Positions 1 to 13,706 of a DNA stretch of 64,000 bases are shown in pieces. The notes under the pieces are model-generated. The model did no database searches, had not been told where the DNA came from, and was given only the letters and a program-made list of their open reading frames with translations. The number at the start of each line of letters is the position of its first letter. Positions within the stretch are counted from its first letter, which is position 1. The DNA comes from Nemertoderma westbladi (Eukaryota; Animalia; Xenacoelomorpha): positions 1-64,000 of the forward strand of contig JAUCBJ010006611.1 in the NCBI GenBank assembly GCA_032718475.1, in the 5' to 3' direction. Both the position numbers and the translations under genes were made by a program.

Positions 1-100
1 TACACACACATGCCAAATACACACATATGCCAACTACACACACATATGCCAACTACACACACGTGCCAACTACACACACATGTGCCAACTACACACACAT
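1..100. repeat. Short tandem repeat (~17-19 bp unit, TACACACACATGTGCCAAC-like)
   Basis: About 5 imperfect copies at the window start. Confidence 0.8.
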
Positions 101-531
101 AAAAAATCAGATTTTATGTGTAAAGTTGACTGGCACTTGTGGGCTTCCGTAGATTTGTTTTAACATTCATAGAATGAATAAATATCTAATTTATTAAATT
201 TGTTCGCAGTACAGGTGGTTGGTGATTGCTATTTTTAGGGTTCGAGTAAGTGAGGAAACTGGACCTAAGGCAAATCCCATGTCGGCTAATCAATATCTCA
301 TCTCATTCTTAAAGTATCAATTAAGGGAAAAGAGCAGGTTACAGTGGCACGTTATTATAACCAAAACAATAAACTAGAGTAAATAGAACAGGTCACATAC
401 ATTACATACGGTAATTTTTTGGGAGTAATCAGCTGTTATTTGCACAGATTTTTCCCTGGAGATAATGATTTTGATTACGTCTAAAGTCCCACCCTCCCCC
501 TCCCCCCCCCCCCCCCCCCTCCCCGATGTTA

Positions 532-621
532 GGACAATTACGACCCGGACAATTGCGACCTGGACAATTGCGACCTGGACAATTGCGACCTGGACAATTG
601 CGACCCGGACAATTGCGACCC
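532..621. repeat. 15-bp minisatellite GGACAATTGCGACCY x6, preceded by a poly-C tract
   Basis: Direct inspection; explains the repetitive ORFs 429..623 and 465..833. Confidence 0.9.
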
Positions 622-2232
622 ATAATTTTTATTTAAAAGCATGGGTCGCAAGGTCAAAAGGACGGAAGGTCAAAATGAGACGAAGGTCCGACCGTGTAAC
701 ACTACAGTATAACACAGCACCTACTGTACCTGTACGCCTTGTCGACTGCGCACAAATAATAGTGAGCGAAGGCAGTACTTTCTTGCACTGTTTTCTACAA
801 GTTTCAGTGAGAAAATGGGGATTTTTAAGATAAAAATATTTCTTCACGGAAGGGCTTCTTGAGAAGAAATGACCCATATTTTCGGCTGACCTTAAGGCAC
901 GTGCCGTGTATGCCTTCAGGTTAATTCTGCCCTGGTACCGGTACATTTAATTGGTTATTTGTACTATATTTGAATCTACGTAGTAGGCCTATACGTTGGT
1001 CTTATAATTATCACTTGTTTTTATACTGCCTTCAGCTCAGTTTACTGACTGAAGTTTTAGACCAATAAATAAATTGAAAATATTGAAAATAATATGTTAA
1101 AATGTTGCACAGTGTTGAAGATGCCAGGTTTTCTCCAAAACCCAGGTTATGCAGAAAGGTTGAATCTAACCAAAACTACAAACCAATCAGTATCTGTACA
1201 TGTTAAAAGATAGAAATAAGCGCTACTGTATAAAACACTTAAAGAAGGGGATATTTAAAAAAATCTTCATGTATTAAATTCCAATACTATTTCGAATGAA
1301 AAATTAAAACCTGGTAAATTTGATTGGTTATCCATCGTTAAGGCATATCAAACAGAAACACATACAGTATTACATTATATTACAGATTAATCTCTTGAAT
1401 ATTTGTAAACATACAAAATTAATGAAGCGAATTGAAATGGCAGCTGAAAATTGAGTAGAAGAAAGTTCACAAAAAATATACACGGGAAAGAAGCAAAAAA
1501 TTAGAAGCGAAAGACTCTAACTCACGTAACAGTTTTATCGGAGTAATTTTGAGATAACCTGTTATATTTCAATGTTGTAAACAACTTCAAAATAACTTCG
1601 TACGTTTATACATTTTTTTCGAATAAATTTAGTTTTATTAATAAATGTAATAATAATTTGCGGATGCCTGGATATTTTAAGAACATTAATAGAGTAGGCC
1701 GATGTATATATAATTAATCATAACCCATTAGCAATAGTTTATAAATTAAATAGGTCTATTTAATGTATAATAAGTTAATAACTGCCAGTTAAGTAAGTTA
1801 ATAACTGCCAGTTAAGTAAGATCCACCTTCTTTGAAAATGTCTTCCAAGCTTCTTCCATGTTGCCCTCATGTAATTCTATGCTATCAATAATAGGGCGAA
1901 GCAATTCTACTTCCTTTAAGAAGAAACAAGTTGCCCTATCATGTTCCGATATGTTATTGGCCGTTGGTAAACATTTAGAATGTATCGCTTCATTGGCATC
2001 CCTTAATTCATTTACATCTTTCGCCATTCTTTCAAGACCGTAATTGTGTATTTTATTCCAAAGTGTTTTATTAAAGTGCTGGTAGAACATCCAATCACCT
2101 AAGTTATATTGACGTATTTTATCTTGGCTTATGCTGTTGTTCTCAACAATCCTGTTAACATTTTTCATATTATAAACAATATCGCGGATCTCCCAACACA
2201 GTAACTCTTTCATAAGAATTAGAGACTCTTCA

Positions 2233-3721
2233 CTAGTGACGGGCCTAGCGGCCCGATAAGGAACCGACTTTTTATTTTAAATAAAAGAGACAACGAGAAT
2301 TAGTATAGAACTAATAATTATGTAAAAATACAATCATATTTCATACAATAATTATTAATAAATTCGATATATTATTAGTTGCTCAATTCTAGAACAAAAT
2401 CGACCTGCAACTAGTGAAGACCTCGTTTTGGAATTTCGAAACCACGCTGGTGCGATGCGCGATATCGTGTTTAGTTAATAAATTGAAAACTCCATCAGTT
2501 CATGTGCAACCAGTAATAAGAAATCGCGATAAATGTAATTAAATAAAATTTATTCTAGAAAAATTTTCCTCAAAAAGTATGAAGTCTTGGCATTGGTGAC
2601 GCGAAACTAGGCTAGTGAGATTCAGGATATTGCGTTTAATATAAAAATCGAAAACGCTATCGAATTCCGTAAAGGCGTTAATAAAATACTGCAACTTTTT
2701 TGAAATTTGTAAAATTCTAGAACTAGAAAAAATTAATTTTTGAACGGCGCTGTTTGGGGTTTCGAAACATGGATAGGCTGAAAGAGGACATCGAATTAAG
2801 TTGAAAAATGAAAACCCCATCGAATTTGGACAAAGCGTTCCGGAGTTATAGCGGATCGAAAAAAATTGACCCCCCCCAGTCGCCAAAAATTTACAGTAAT
2901 TTAAAATTTTGCAAAAAAAATTTTTTGCGTTATTTTTGATGGCGAATCGATTGGCAGTACTGGCTACGAAAAATTTTTTTTGAAATTTTTGGTCAGAAAA
3001 AAAAACATGGAAAAAGTATATTCTTAAAGAGATTTGATGTCTTTGCCTATGGTCAGAGAATGATCCAACTCTGTACTTGGCAATCGCTTAAATCCATTCA
3101 GCTGAATGGCACAGTAGAGTAAACTAAAGTAAATTCCCTATACAATGTTCTGAAGGGGAGACTGACAGAGAGTAATCCAACAATAAAACATTTTGCAATA
3201 ATGTTGGCATTAATGTAGCCAACACACTGTGTACTAAAGTCATTCAGCTTACATTAGCAGAGGGAGATATTCGCATAGAATGCATTGGGAAGAGTAATTC
3301 AGCTGAGGCGATTAACTAAACCAACCAGTTAATATTTGCTTTGACAGAGTGTCCTAGGGCCTAAACAAACAGTATGGGTGTACTGAGTACAATAATCTTG
3401 GCAACCTCATCGATTTATACTAAGCCTTGTGTAGAAATGCATTACATAAGCCATTTTTCATGAGGACACCAGCTGTCATTGGTGTTATTTTACCATTGCG
3501 CCTATGGCGTTTTTTCGTTTATGTCTATTTTTCGAACCCACGGCTCATGGACGAAATAGCGGAACATACCAGGGACCTTAGAATCGCGGTATCTAGCCGC
3601 TGTGAAAATTTCATCAAAATCGTTAGAGTGGTTTTGGCTAGAGATTAGTCAGTCAGTCAGCCAGCCAGCCAGCCAGCCAGTCTCGAGCAATTCTTACAGT
3701 AATGAACCTCTCGGTTCCTAA
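2233..3721 (-). mobile_element. Non-autonomous Helitron-like (Helitron2/Helentron-type termini) element, 1489 bp
   Basis: Minus strand: 5' TTAGGAACCGA with hairpin GAACC-GAGA-GGTTC, then a (GGCT/GACT)n microsatellite. The 3' end has the inverted copy TCGGTTCCTTA, hairpin CGGGCC-GCTA-GGCCCG and terminal CTAG. Inserted between A and T with no TSD; removing it restores the host frame. Confidence 0.85.
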
Positions 3722-5399
3722 TAATGTTCCAAGAGTATTATAAGGTCAAAATCCTTCTCTATTTCAGTAATTACATTCTGTATTTCCGAAACATTGCTCT
3801 CATCTTCTAATATATATCCGAAATCATTAAGCATTGGGTTCACAAATCTTCTTTTGTTGAAGAAAATTTTTTCAGGTTGTTTCATGTAGGTATCGAATAA
3901 CTCGCTAGGTTCTTTCTCCTCATTTGATTTTATTTGAAAACTAGGAGAGAAAAATTCGCATTCATCATCATCACTGTTTGGGATTTTAGAAAATATCTAT
4001 TGCAATTCTTAGATGTAAAATGGTATTAATATTAACAATCACAATGCTTTACATTTGGATTCATATGGATATGGATTGATCCAAAATTTAAAAAATATTC
4101 AATCTTACTGTACTTCTTATTAACTTGAGGTTTTAATATTGTGTCGGGCACCGTTACCGTAAATTTCGTTAAAAAATAACCAGGTTTTCTTAACGATAGT
4201 CCCGCATATATTGCGCTGAACTTTACATGGAAGCTAAAAGTATAGTAAATATAGTAAACATCACTTATAGATCTAATGGAGCACAGTACGGCATGTTGGC
4301 AAGGGTCGCGACGCGAGAATAGATCTAATGGAGCGCAGTAGGGCTATTGGATCGGCTCGGGGTGCGAGGATAGATCTAATGGAGCACAACAATAAGCTGT
4401 GTTGGCTCGGTTCGGTGCGCGAGAATATATCTAATGGAGCGCAGTAGGGCGTGTTGGCTCGGTTCAGGACTCGAAAATAGATCTAATGGAGCGCAGAAGG
4501 GCGTGTTGGCTCGGTTCAGGATGCGAGAATATATCTAATGGAGCGCAGTAGGCCGTGTTGGCTCGGTTCAGGACTCGAAAATAGATCTAATGGAGCGCAG
4601 AAGGGCGTATTGGCTCGGTTCAGGACTCGAAAATAGATCTAAAGGAGCGCAGAAGGGCGTGTTGGCTCGGTTCAGGATGCGAGAATATATCTAATGGAGC
4701 GCAGTAGGCCGTGTTGGCTCGGTTCAGGACTCGAAAATAGATCTAATGGAGCGCAGTAGGGCGTGTTGGCTCGGTTCAGGACTCGAAAATAGATCTAATG
4801 GAGCGCAGAAGGGCGTATTGGCTCGGTTCAGGACTCGAAAATAGATCTAAAGGAGCGCAGAAGGGCGTGTTGGCTCGGTTCAGGACTCGAAAATAGATCT
4901 AATGGAGCGCAGAAGGGCGTGTTGGCTCGGTTCAGGACTCGAAAATAGATCTAATGGAGCGCAGAAGGGCGTGTTGGCTCGGTTCAGGACTCGAAAATAG
5001 ATCTAATGGAGCGCAGTAGGGCGTATTGGCTCGGTTCAGGACTCGAAAATAGATCCAATGGAGCGCAGAAGGGCGTATTGGCTCGGTTCAGGACTCGAAA
5101 ATAGATCTAAAGGAGCGCAGAAGGGCGTGTTGGCCTGCTACCGGTAGGCCTACTGGTAAAATCAGTACAGCAGTGTTTTATGTGAAGTAAATAATCTTAA
5201 TTTTGCGACATCTTATAAGCAACTAAATTTATAATGTATGAAAAGACCAAATGAAATTCAATATTAATTTTCACCTGTTTGCATGGATGGTTGTTTTTAG
5301 GTTATCTTTCATTTGGCAGTCCATCGGTCCAGTTCGCCACTCTTTCGATTCAGTTCGGTTCAGTTCGGTCCAGTTCGGTCCAGATTCGAGTACAGAACT

Positions 5400-6755
5400 A
5401 TCCTTATAAATGCGTTGATATAGATGAAAGCGAATATGAGGAACATGATGTATTTTTGAAAACAGCAAATATTGAAATACTTAAAAATAAATTGGGTAAA
5501 ATTCAAACAAATACAGTCAATTTGCCCAAAGTGGAACCGATAATATTACAAACAAAAATAAATGATAAGACAATGGAAATGGAATTCGATCCAGGTGCTA
5601 AACACAGCGTGATACCGAATACAATTTATAGAGAAAAATTCAGTGAATTGAAACTAAGTCGAGGCAATACAAAACATGCAAATACCTTCATCTAAAAAGG
5701 AATTACAGAGTGTACTGGCTACAACGAATTACTTACGTCGGTATGTACGTACACAATTACGCAGAGATTTCACGTCCGTTATATGATTTATTGAAAGGTG
5801 ATGGTCATTTATCATGGAATGACATGGCCACATACAGTTACAAGGTATTAAAGGAAGCGATAGTCAAATCGACTCTCTTACACCATTTCAATCCAAAAGA
5901 AATACCAATAGTCATTACAGATGCATCCGAATACACGGTATCGGCTATATTAGGACAAGAAAACAATGGAGGATTTCGACCAATAGCATTTTTATCAGCA
6001 AAACTTGATAAAAGACAGCAAAACTATTCTCAACTCGATAGAGAAGGTTTAGCTATTATATATGGGGTTCGAAAATTCAAGCATTATATACTAGGAAGAA
6101 AGTTTAAGTTGATAACTGATAATAGTCCTCTGAAGAGAATTTTATCACCATCGAAGTCATTATCTTCGACTACATTATCACGATTACAACATTGGGCGGT
6201 TGAACTTGCTGCATATGATTACACAGTTACAAGTGTACGATCACAAGAGAATATTGCAGATGCGCTCTCTCGTCTTACACCGAAAACGACAAACATTTTA
6301 CAAAGATGTCGATATTGAATTACATAGTACTGATTTACAGCAGCAACAAATGGTAAATGTATTTCCTATAAACAAAAAGAAATTACAGGAGGAAACAGAA
6401 AAGGATGCAGTGTTGCATCACTTTAAACGAAGTATAGAATGTGGTGAACGTATACATGGATTGAAAGGAACTCCCAAGTTACAGAATTACAAATCCATTG
6501 AAAACGAATTAACGGTACACGATGGTATTATTATGAGAGGTGGTACTGTAGAGTTGTGATTCCAAACAATTTACAACATAAAATTCTTAATGAGTTGATA
6601 CGGCTCATGTTGGTCAATCAAGAATGATGTACCAATCTTCAGAAGTTTGTTGGTGGCCTGGTATCAAAGAAGATATAAAGTTATACATAGAATCATGTAT
6701 CCCATGCCAACAACACGCAAACTCACCAACACCGACTTATGAATCACTACCTATT
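5400..6755 (+). mobile_element. Ty3/gypsy pol fragment (protease, RNase H, integrase zinc finger); RT core deleted, no LTRs
   Basis: MEFDPGAKHSVI (degenerate protease), VITDASEY...NYSQLDREGLAIIYGV...TDNSPL...ADALSR (RNase H), GHVGQ...WWPGI...CIPCQ; frameshifted. Confidence 0.85.
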
Positions 6756-7570
6756 AAGGGCGTGTTGGCTCGGTTGAGGACTCGAAAATAGATCTAATGG
6801 AGCGCAGAAGGGCGTGTTGGCTCGGTTGAGGACTCGAAAATAGATCTAATGGAGCGCAGAAGGGCGTGTTGGCTCGGTTCAGGACTCGAAAATAGATCTA
6901 ATGGAGCGCAGAACGGCGTGTTGGCTCGGTTCAGGACTCGAAAATAGATCTAATGGAGCGCAGAACGGCGTGTTGGCTCGGTTGAGGACTCGAAAATAGA
7001 TCTAATGGAGCGCAGAAGGGCGTGTTGGCTCGGTTCAGGACTCGAAAATAGATATAATGGAGCGCAGAACGGCGTGTTGGCTCGGTTCAGGACTCGAAAA
7101 TAGATCTAATGGAGCGCAGAACGGCGTGTTGGCTCGGTTGAGGACTCGAAAATAGATCTAATGGAGCGCAGAAGGGCGTGTTGGCTCGGTTGAGGACTCG
7201 AAAATAGATATAATGGAGCGCAGAAGGGCGTGTTGGCTCGGTTCAGGACTCGAAAATAGATCTAATGGAGCGCAGAAGGGCGTGTTGGCTCGGTTCAGGA
7301 CTCGAAAATAGATCTAATGGAGCGCAGAACGGCGTGTTGGCTCGGTTCAGGACTCGAAAATAGATCTAAAGGAGCGCAGAAGGGCGTGTTGGCTCGGTTC
7401 AGGACTCGAAAATAGATCTAATGGAGCGCAGAACGGCGTGTTGGCTCGGTTCAGGACGCGAGAATAGATCTAATGGAGCGCAGAAGGGCGTGTTGGCTCG
7501 GTTGATGACTCGAAAATAGAGCTAATGGAGCGCAGAACGGCGTGTTGGCTCGGTTCAGGACGCGAGAATA

Positions 7571-7877
7571 ATTACAATTCAATTCAATGTATTTAATCAG
7601 ATAAACGGACATATAAAAAAATAAAACTGCAAAAATGCGGTTACTAGAATCGCACAGATAACGTTAAGAATAAATAAAATTAATGTTCACAGTTAATAAA
7701 AGATTGAACCCATGCAATGTAGTAGTAGCAAAAGGTGCATTGTGGGGTTTAATATTATTACTCCAGGGCAATGTATGTCCATGGAAAAGTACTGATTGTC
7801 GAGTGTTTCGTTTCAAAATTTACCCCCGCCGTATCATAAATCCCCTTTACAAAGTTTTCGCTTGCTACTTCTTTAAT
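7571..7877 (-). mobile_element. Short 5'-truncated non-LTR retro-insertion in the satellite
   Basis: Flanked by 14-bp duplication AGGACGCGAGAATA (7557-7570, 7878-7891); (ATTGA)n-like tail on the minus strand. Confidence 0.5.
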
Positions 7878-8846
7878 AGGACGCGAGAATAGATCTAATG
7901 GAGTGTAGTAGGGAGTGTTGGCACGGTTCTGGACTCGAAAATAGATCCAATGGAGAGCAGTATGGCGTGTTGGCTCGGCTCGGGGCGCGAGAATAGATCT
8001 AATGGAGTGTAGTAGGGAGTGTTGGCTCGGCTAGGGGCGCGAGAATATATCAAATGGAGCACAGTGTTCCCAATTGGTTCTGATCTGATTCTATTTTAGT
8101 TAACTATAATTTCGACCAAAGCATCTCCCTATGTTGTTCACTAAAATTATCAAAAAAAATCCGTCACCATCGTCACCAGTTTTATCAAATGGGACATTAA
8201 AGACGGCCCCTAGGCCTAAACCAATAAAATTGTATAAAAGTCTTTAAAATTGGAGACTGTTTGTGGTTTTTAATGTTTTGCGACACTACTTTATATTTTT
8301 GTAATTTTATAAAATATATTGGATTTGCTGTGGTCCCAGTGTTCCCAAATGGGAACAGGTCTTTTTTGTGAAAACTAACAGGCACAATTTTTTTTACAAA
8401 TTTAAATTGACTCGAATTGAAACTGTTTCGAAAATTTCAACAAATTTGCTCAGATTTAAAGAGGGTTGGGAAATAGAAGGTTAAAACTGTGACAATTCAA
8501 CACTATTGAGAGCTCAACTAACTGATGAACATGACTGCATATGAAATGTACTGTAGGCCTATTACGTTTGTTAAAAAAGTTTGTTAAGTTTGTGAATTTT
8601 TGGCTTTGGGGTGGAGAGATCAAATGGAGCCAGTATATTGAGAAGATGCGAATTTTTCTGCAATGCACTGCACATTGCACAATGCACTGAGTCACAAACT
8701 GCGGGTCAATGTAATTTATGATATCGTATAGACGGACCGGATCTCACGGGGACCGAATAATCCAGCAATGAATTACATATTTTTATTACAATATTTGTGT
8801 TCTCTATTATTTTTAGACATACATATTATTAGGTGCAGATCAATAT

Positions 8847-8878
<32 letters not shown>

Positions 8879-11800
8879 ATCCCTACTCACCCAGCTAATT
8901 CCCCTGGAGCCTAATATTGCTCTCAGAGGACATTTAATTATCTTTTTTACTTTTATTTTTATGAGGAATTTAATCATATTATTGTTGTTTGTTCTAAAAT
9001 AATAATTGTTGAACCTTTTAACAGTCATAAATGATCATTAACTAAGGATTTTATTTAAAGGTAATTATAATGGTTTGTTGTACAGTATATTTGTGTTAGT
9101 AATATATCATCCATCATCTTGGTCATTAGTTGGGTGGAAACAATAACGGAGGATGCGAGATACAAATACAGTATAATAAATAATGATAAAATGATTTTAT
9201 AATGCTTATAGCAGTTGGCAGGTTTTTTGGACTTTCAGAAGTGATCAGATCAGACAAACGTCCTTGCCGTTTCCGAAATCCGAATTCAAAAGTAGGCCTA
9301 CTGTGTTAACAACAAACTGAATCGGTTCGGTAGGCCTACAGTAGCTACTGCAGTACGGTACGGAATCACGTAATTTCCTTAGTAACAGAGGTAGACACGC
9401 TGACAGAGCCAGAAGTAGAAAGATGGCCGAGCGCGGCGTAATTTCCTTAGATACGGCTATCAGTGGATATTATTTTGATTATTTCGAATTTAAGGAAGCC
9501 TATGTAGATAATCGGAAATTTTTGAAGCCATCTACTATTTGTTAGTAGACTACTGTGTGTGGGATTGTTTTCTGACTGTAGGTTAGTTTTTCCGACTGTT
9601 GGAACAGTAGGTCTTTTTGACTGTTGGTGAGTTTTTCTGACTGTTGGTAGGTATTTTTGACTGTTGTCCCCAATACTATAGTATTGTCCTTAATTCGATC
9701 TATCCTGTTAGAAGTAGGATTACTGGAAAGTTGACTTTTGAAAACGACCTCATGTTGCCATGGTAAAATGGGGCCCATAAATTATGTTGCAAATTTGGTT
9801 CCCCTTAAAAAATGAAAGGTATGGTAATTACCTACACCTGTGCCAATTTTGGTACTTTTGTCAAGAATGTCCACATGGACCTTAATATTGAAGTTAAAGC
9901 GACTTGAATAAGCCATTGGATTGTACTCTACAGTTTTTAATGCACTACCAGTATTCAGCGTCTAAGAACCATAATCATTTTATGTATATCTAACTCGCTT
10001 CCCTCGCTCGGCATATAAATACACTCGGTCCCTCTGGTCATAACGCTGCAAAGTGGTACTTTGCACACAATTACTGTACGGTACCGTATGTAAATACTGT
10101 ACTGTAAATGTAATTTTCTTGATTGTTGAGTATGTCACAGCTGCATGTGGAGAATAGTTAATGTAATTGTTCTGTGGGGTGGGGGCAAGTTTTCTCCAGT
10201 GACAATTCTTATTGACAGGGGGTAATTATCCCAGTTCCCATATTATTTTATTTTTATACAATTTTTTAATTAAGATTTCAGGCTACGAACGATGTCATAA
10301 ATTAATTGCCCCTTTGACCTTAATTACCATTTTTTAAAGTAATGGAATTTGATGTACGACGTCGTCAATGTGGCAGGATCCCGTATGTTAGAAATATACT
10401 TTGTACCGACTGGCATAACATGCTTAATCCTTCTATTGTAGCGCAAGTGTAGAAAAGAAACATTAGGGTGCTGTGTGTAGGTATTGAGATCTATAGTATC
10501 CCACCAATCTGTCCACCAGACATTTGAAACAGTGTAGCCAGAGACTACATTGCTTGGCATCAACGGTGTCAGTTTGTTCCAGAATGCATGATTAGTAAAC
10601 ATGGATATTGTCGAAGATGTCCCTGTTTTGTGTGTTTTTAACCAAAATATATTCATCACTCGCCGACAAGTTTTATCTGTAACAGTAACATCATTATCGA
10701 TATAATTGGCGTTATTTAATTCATAGAAAGTCGTCGTCGTTATTAATCTGTATACTGTGAACCACAATACCGTAGCCACCAATAACAAGATACGTTTGAT
10801 ACGAAATATTCTCATTATGCAGCAATAATATTAATGTATAAACTGAACTATGATTTTTCACTTTCTATCAGGATTTTTTTCAAATTTTTGTCGGTGAAAA
10901 TCTTTGTGAAACTTTTCGATTTGACTGAAAAGTTTAAACGGTTGTTCACCTGAATGTAAGACCCGATGACTCAAAAACCTCAGATTCAGAAATATATGAT
11001 AATTATTCTGTTGGGTTTTATCTTGAAAATATAAAAACCCTGTGCGAGTGTGAATAAAACTCACGATTAATCGCCATCGTACGAGCAATTCTCATTTGTA
11101 CTATTTCTACGATTAATCGTTGCAACGATTAATCGTATGTTTGATGTGAATGAAATCGCACGTTGTCAAGATTGATTGTAGAAATTTGACGATTAATCGT
11201 GAAAAAGATTAATCGTATTGCTATTGTGAATAAAATGTATCTTCACTACTAGTCGAGTCAATCTAGCAAAAACCCAGTATATCAAAAGTATTTCGTAATC
11301 AACCCGAATCACATATTTTGGATTCTACAGTATATACCTTGTTTATTTTGCTTATTTGTTTATTAATTTTATTTTGCGGATCATATTTATGTTTATTCAT
11401 GGAAATTCTGCGGAAAATTTTTGGAAAATTTTTATTGATTTTAATCACGTTTTAGAACGAAAAAATTAAATTGAATTAAATAGAATCCACATTTTTTCTA
11501 AAAAATGTTCTAGAACAAAAATTATTTGATCAAGAACATAATTTATTTTTAATTAATAGCTAACATGTTCTGGAACATTTTCTATACAAATAGCAATAAT
11601 AACTACAACTGTAGCTACTACCAAATATTTACAGAAGGAAGTAGGATGTTGGAACCAGTGACGAAATTACTAGCTACAATAAACCTACCTAAAACGCTAG
11701 ATACCATCAAAATGTAGTTAGTTTCTTATGCTTAACGATGAGACTTCAATTACGTCCGTTGACCAAATTCCAGCAAATTAAAACTTATAGAACTCTCCCC

Positions 11801-12482
11801 ATATCCTAAATATTATTTTAAAAAATTATTATCTTTTAATTATTAAACATGAATTGTGTGTGAGGCACAATAGAACTGTACAATAAATACACGATATTGG
11901 TCAATATTTTATTTATTATATATACATGTAGTATAATACAAACACTAAATTTAAGTAGCACCTATTCTGTGTGAGGCACCAGATGGGAACTTAAATCGCA
12001 TACAAAGCAGGGATTTATATTAATTCCAAATACGTCCCAACTCTTTATATAACCCTACAAACACTAAATTTAATTAGCGCCAATTTTGTCTTAGGCACCA
12101 GATGGACCCTTAAATCACATACAAAGCAGGAGGTTAATATAACTCTTATAATATAATCGATAAGAGCTATAGGCCTACCCCTATGACTTATACTGCGCCA
12201 TCCGGTTGTGTAGCACCCACCATTCCCATTCGCTGTGCCATAGGTCAGGACCGACCCTTCCTTCACCTTACTGCTGTTTTGTACATCATTGCCTACCGGT
12301 TGTTGTGCCTGTGTCATTCATATTACCGCAATACCGTGTTTGTGCTGCATACCTATCGGTCCCATTATACTGTTATTTGAGTTGTGATACATCTAAGTTT
12401 GTCTTTGTTGCTGTTCATACACCAGCTTCTCCTTTACCTTGGCGTGGTTGCACCTTGCGTTCGATCTCCACTGCCTTGGTTC

Positions 12483-13122
12483 TTTTCGGGGAATCGCATT
12501 GATCTCGATTGCTGCAAAGCTATACAATAGAATTATATTAAATCGCATCAGGGATCCCATTGAGAGACTGCTCCGTGGATATCAGAATGGGTTCCGTAAA
12601 GGTCGTGGGACCATGGAGCCCATTTTGGCACTTACAGTAGAAATTGAAGAGTTATCAAAAAAAGAAAGAGTACTCCATAGCGAGATATTCATCCGGTCTG
12701 GTGATAACCAGAAGTTTGAAACCTAGGTACCGGGTTCGAGCCCCAATTGGGCCGGTTGATATTTTTCGCTATGGAGAGCATTATCATATTGTCTTATTTC
12801 AGTATTTACATTGTATATTTAATACACCGCGTCACTCACCCCACAACAGTTCACTTATTATTATTAAAAAAGAAAGACAGGCATCTGGCTGTTATCTTTG
12901 TTGATTTCTTCAATGCCTTTGATTCAGTCTCTCGCTCACGCCTCACGTATGTTCAGCATACTTTCATTATATGGGATTCCTGATGAAATTATGGCAGCAA
13001 TCAGATCAGTATACGTTGGTTCGAAAACATTATTGTGTCTACTGTTGATGGTGACACAGAACCATGCCTCCAGGCATGGTCGGGCACGGGCGTCCTCCAG
13101 GGAGACACGCTGTTTGCACCAT
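12483..13122 (+). mobile_element. Degenerate RTE-like LINE reverse-transcriptase fragment (same family as the copy at 41.5/61 kb)
   Basis: FRGIALISIAAKLYNRIILNRI...QNGFRKGRGT, FVDFFNAFDSV, YGIPDEI, GVLQGDTL; frameshifted; clear nucleotide similarity to 41520-41795. Confidence 0.85.
12670..12865 (+). mobile_element. tRNA-derived SINE-like insertion inside the LINE fragment
   Basis: B-box GGTTCGAGCCC, (TTA)n tail, 12-bp TSD AAAAAAGAAAGA (12658-12669, 12866-12877); absent from the homologous site near 41570. Confidence 0.75.
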
Positions 13123-13706
13123 TCTGAAATTGGCTGAAATTCTTTATTTTGCATACCGTAGATTTAATAAATAAAAATATAGCTAATAAATAATAATAAT
13201 AATGATACAGAATAATAATTTCCTAAACAGTAAGAAAAGCACTAAAATTATATCATTGAGATAATTAATATAAGTAGTTATAATGGTTGGATGCACAGAT
13301 TTCAATGCTAGACAAACACACCAACCATGAATTGCACGTGCATGATAGACTCTAACTGAAGCTGCTGCTTATTTGTTTAACAATAAGTTATTATGGTTTC
13401 CAGTGTCAAATAAAAATGTTTCATTGGCATTAGCGATGAAATATAACATAATTAGAGATTTGTAGAACTTGAAATAATATACTTTAAAATATGGTGAGGG
13501 TTACTGTTAAAGTAACGATTTCCTTATTTTTGGCATGTAGTTTGGGGCGTTTTTTTCCCACCTTTTTTCAGGGAAAAAATGGCCCATAACCAAGCCTTGC
13601 CCATAACTCGTCTAAAACAGCCTTGTGTACGATACTTAAAGGAGGCCCTTATTAAAAAATGATTTCTAAATGTGTAGTGAGCTGGTGAGCTGGGAAGAGT
13701 TCTGAT

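Larger units (their letters stand above)
4268..8064. repeat. 52-bp satellite array in three blocks (4268-5134, 6756-7570, 7878-8064), inside the GAL3ST intron
   Basis: Unit ATAGATCTAATGGAGCGCAGAAGGGCGTGTTGGCTCGGTTCAGGACTCGAAA; homogeneous centrally, degenerate at both edges. Confidence 0.95.
1812..10815 (-). pseudogene. Galactose-3-O-sulfotransferase (GAL3ST family) gene, disrupted by a Helitron-type insertion. Exon 1 10815-10328; exon 2 3940-1812, interrupted at 3721-2233
   Basis: Exon 1 has an N-terminal TM anchor, the 5'-PAPS motif FWLKTHKTGTSST, HLRYN and IRDP. Donor TG|GTAATT (10328/10327) and acceptor CCTAG|T (3941/3940) join in phase as TGT. Exon 2 reads NPMLNDFG...FDLIILLEH[Y]EESLILMKELLCWEIRDIVY...DWMFYQHFNKTLWNKI..YGLERM. 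The reconstructed CDS is 1128 nt (375 aa). Confidence 0.85.

Noticed and set aside
429-946. Repetitive small ORFs (GRNCP, TIATW)
   Set aside because: Translations of the 15-bp minisatellite and poly-C tract
4268-8064. CRISPR-like array
   Set aside because: Units are head-to-tail with no unique spacers, there are no cas genes, and the context is eukaryotic
4268-8064. Hammerhead ribozyme satellite (CTAATGGAG...CTCGAAA resembles CUGAUGA...GAAA)
   Set aside because: Two core mismatches, and no stem I or stem III can be formed around a UH cleavage site
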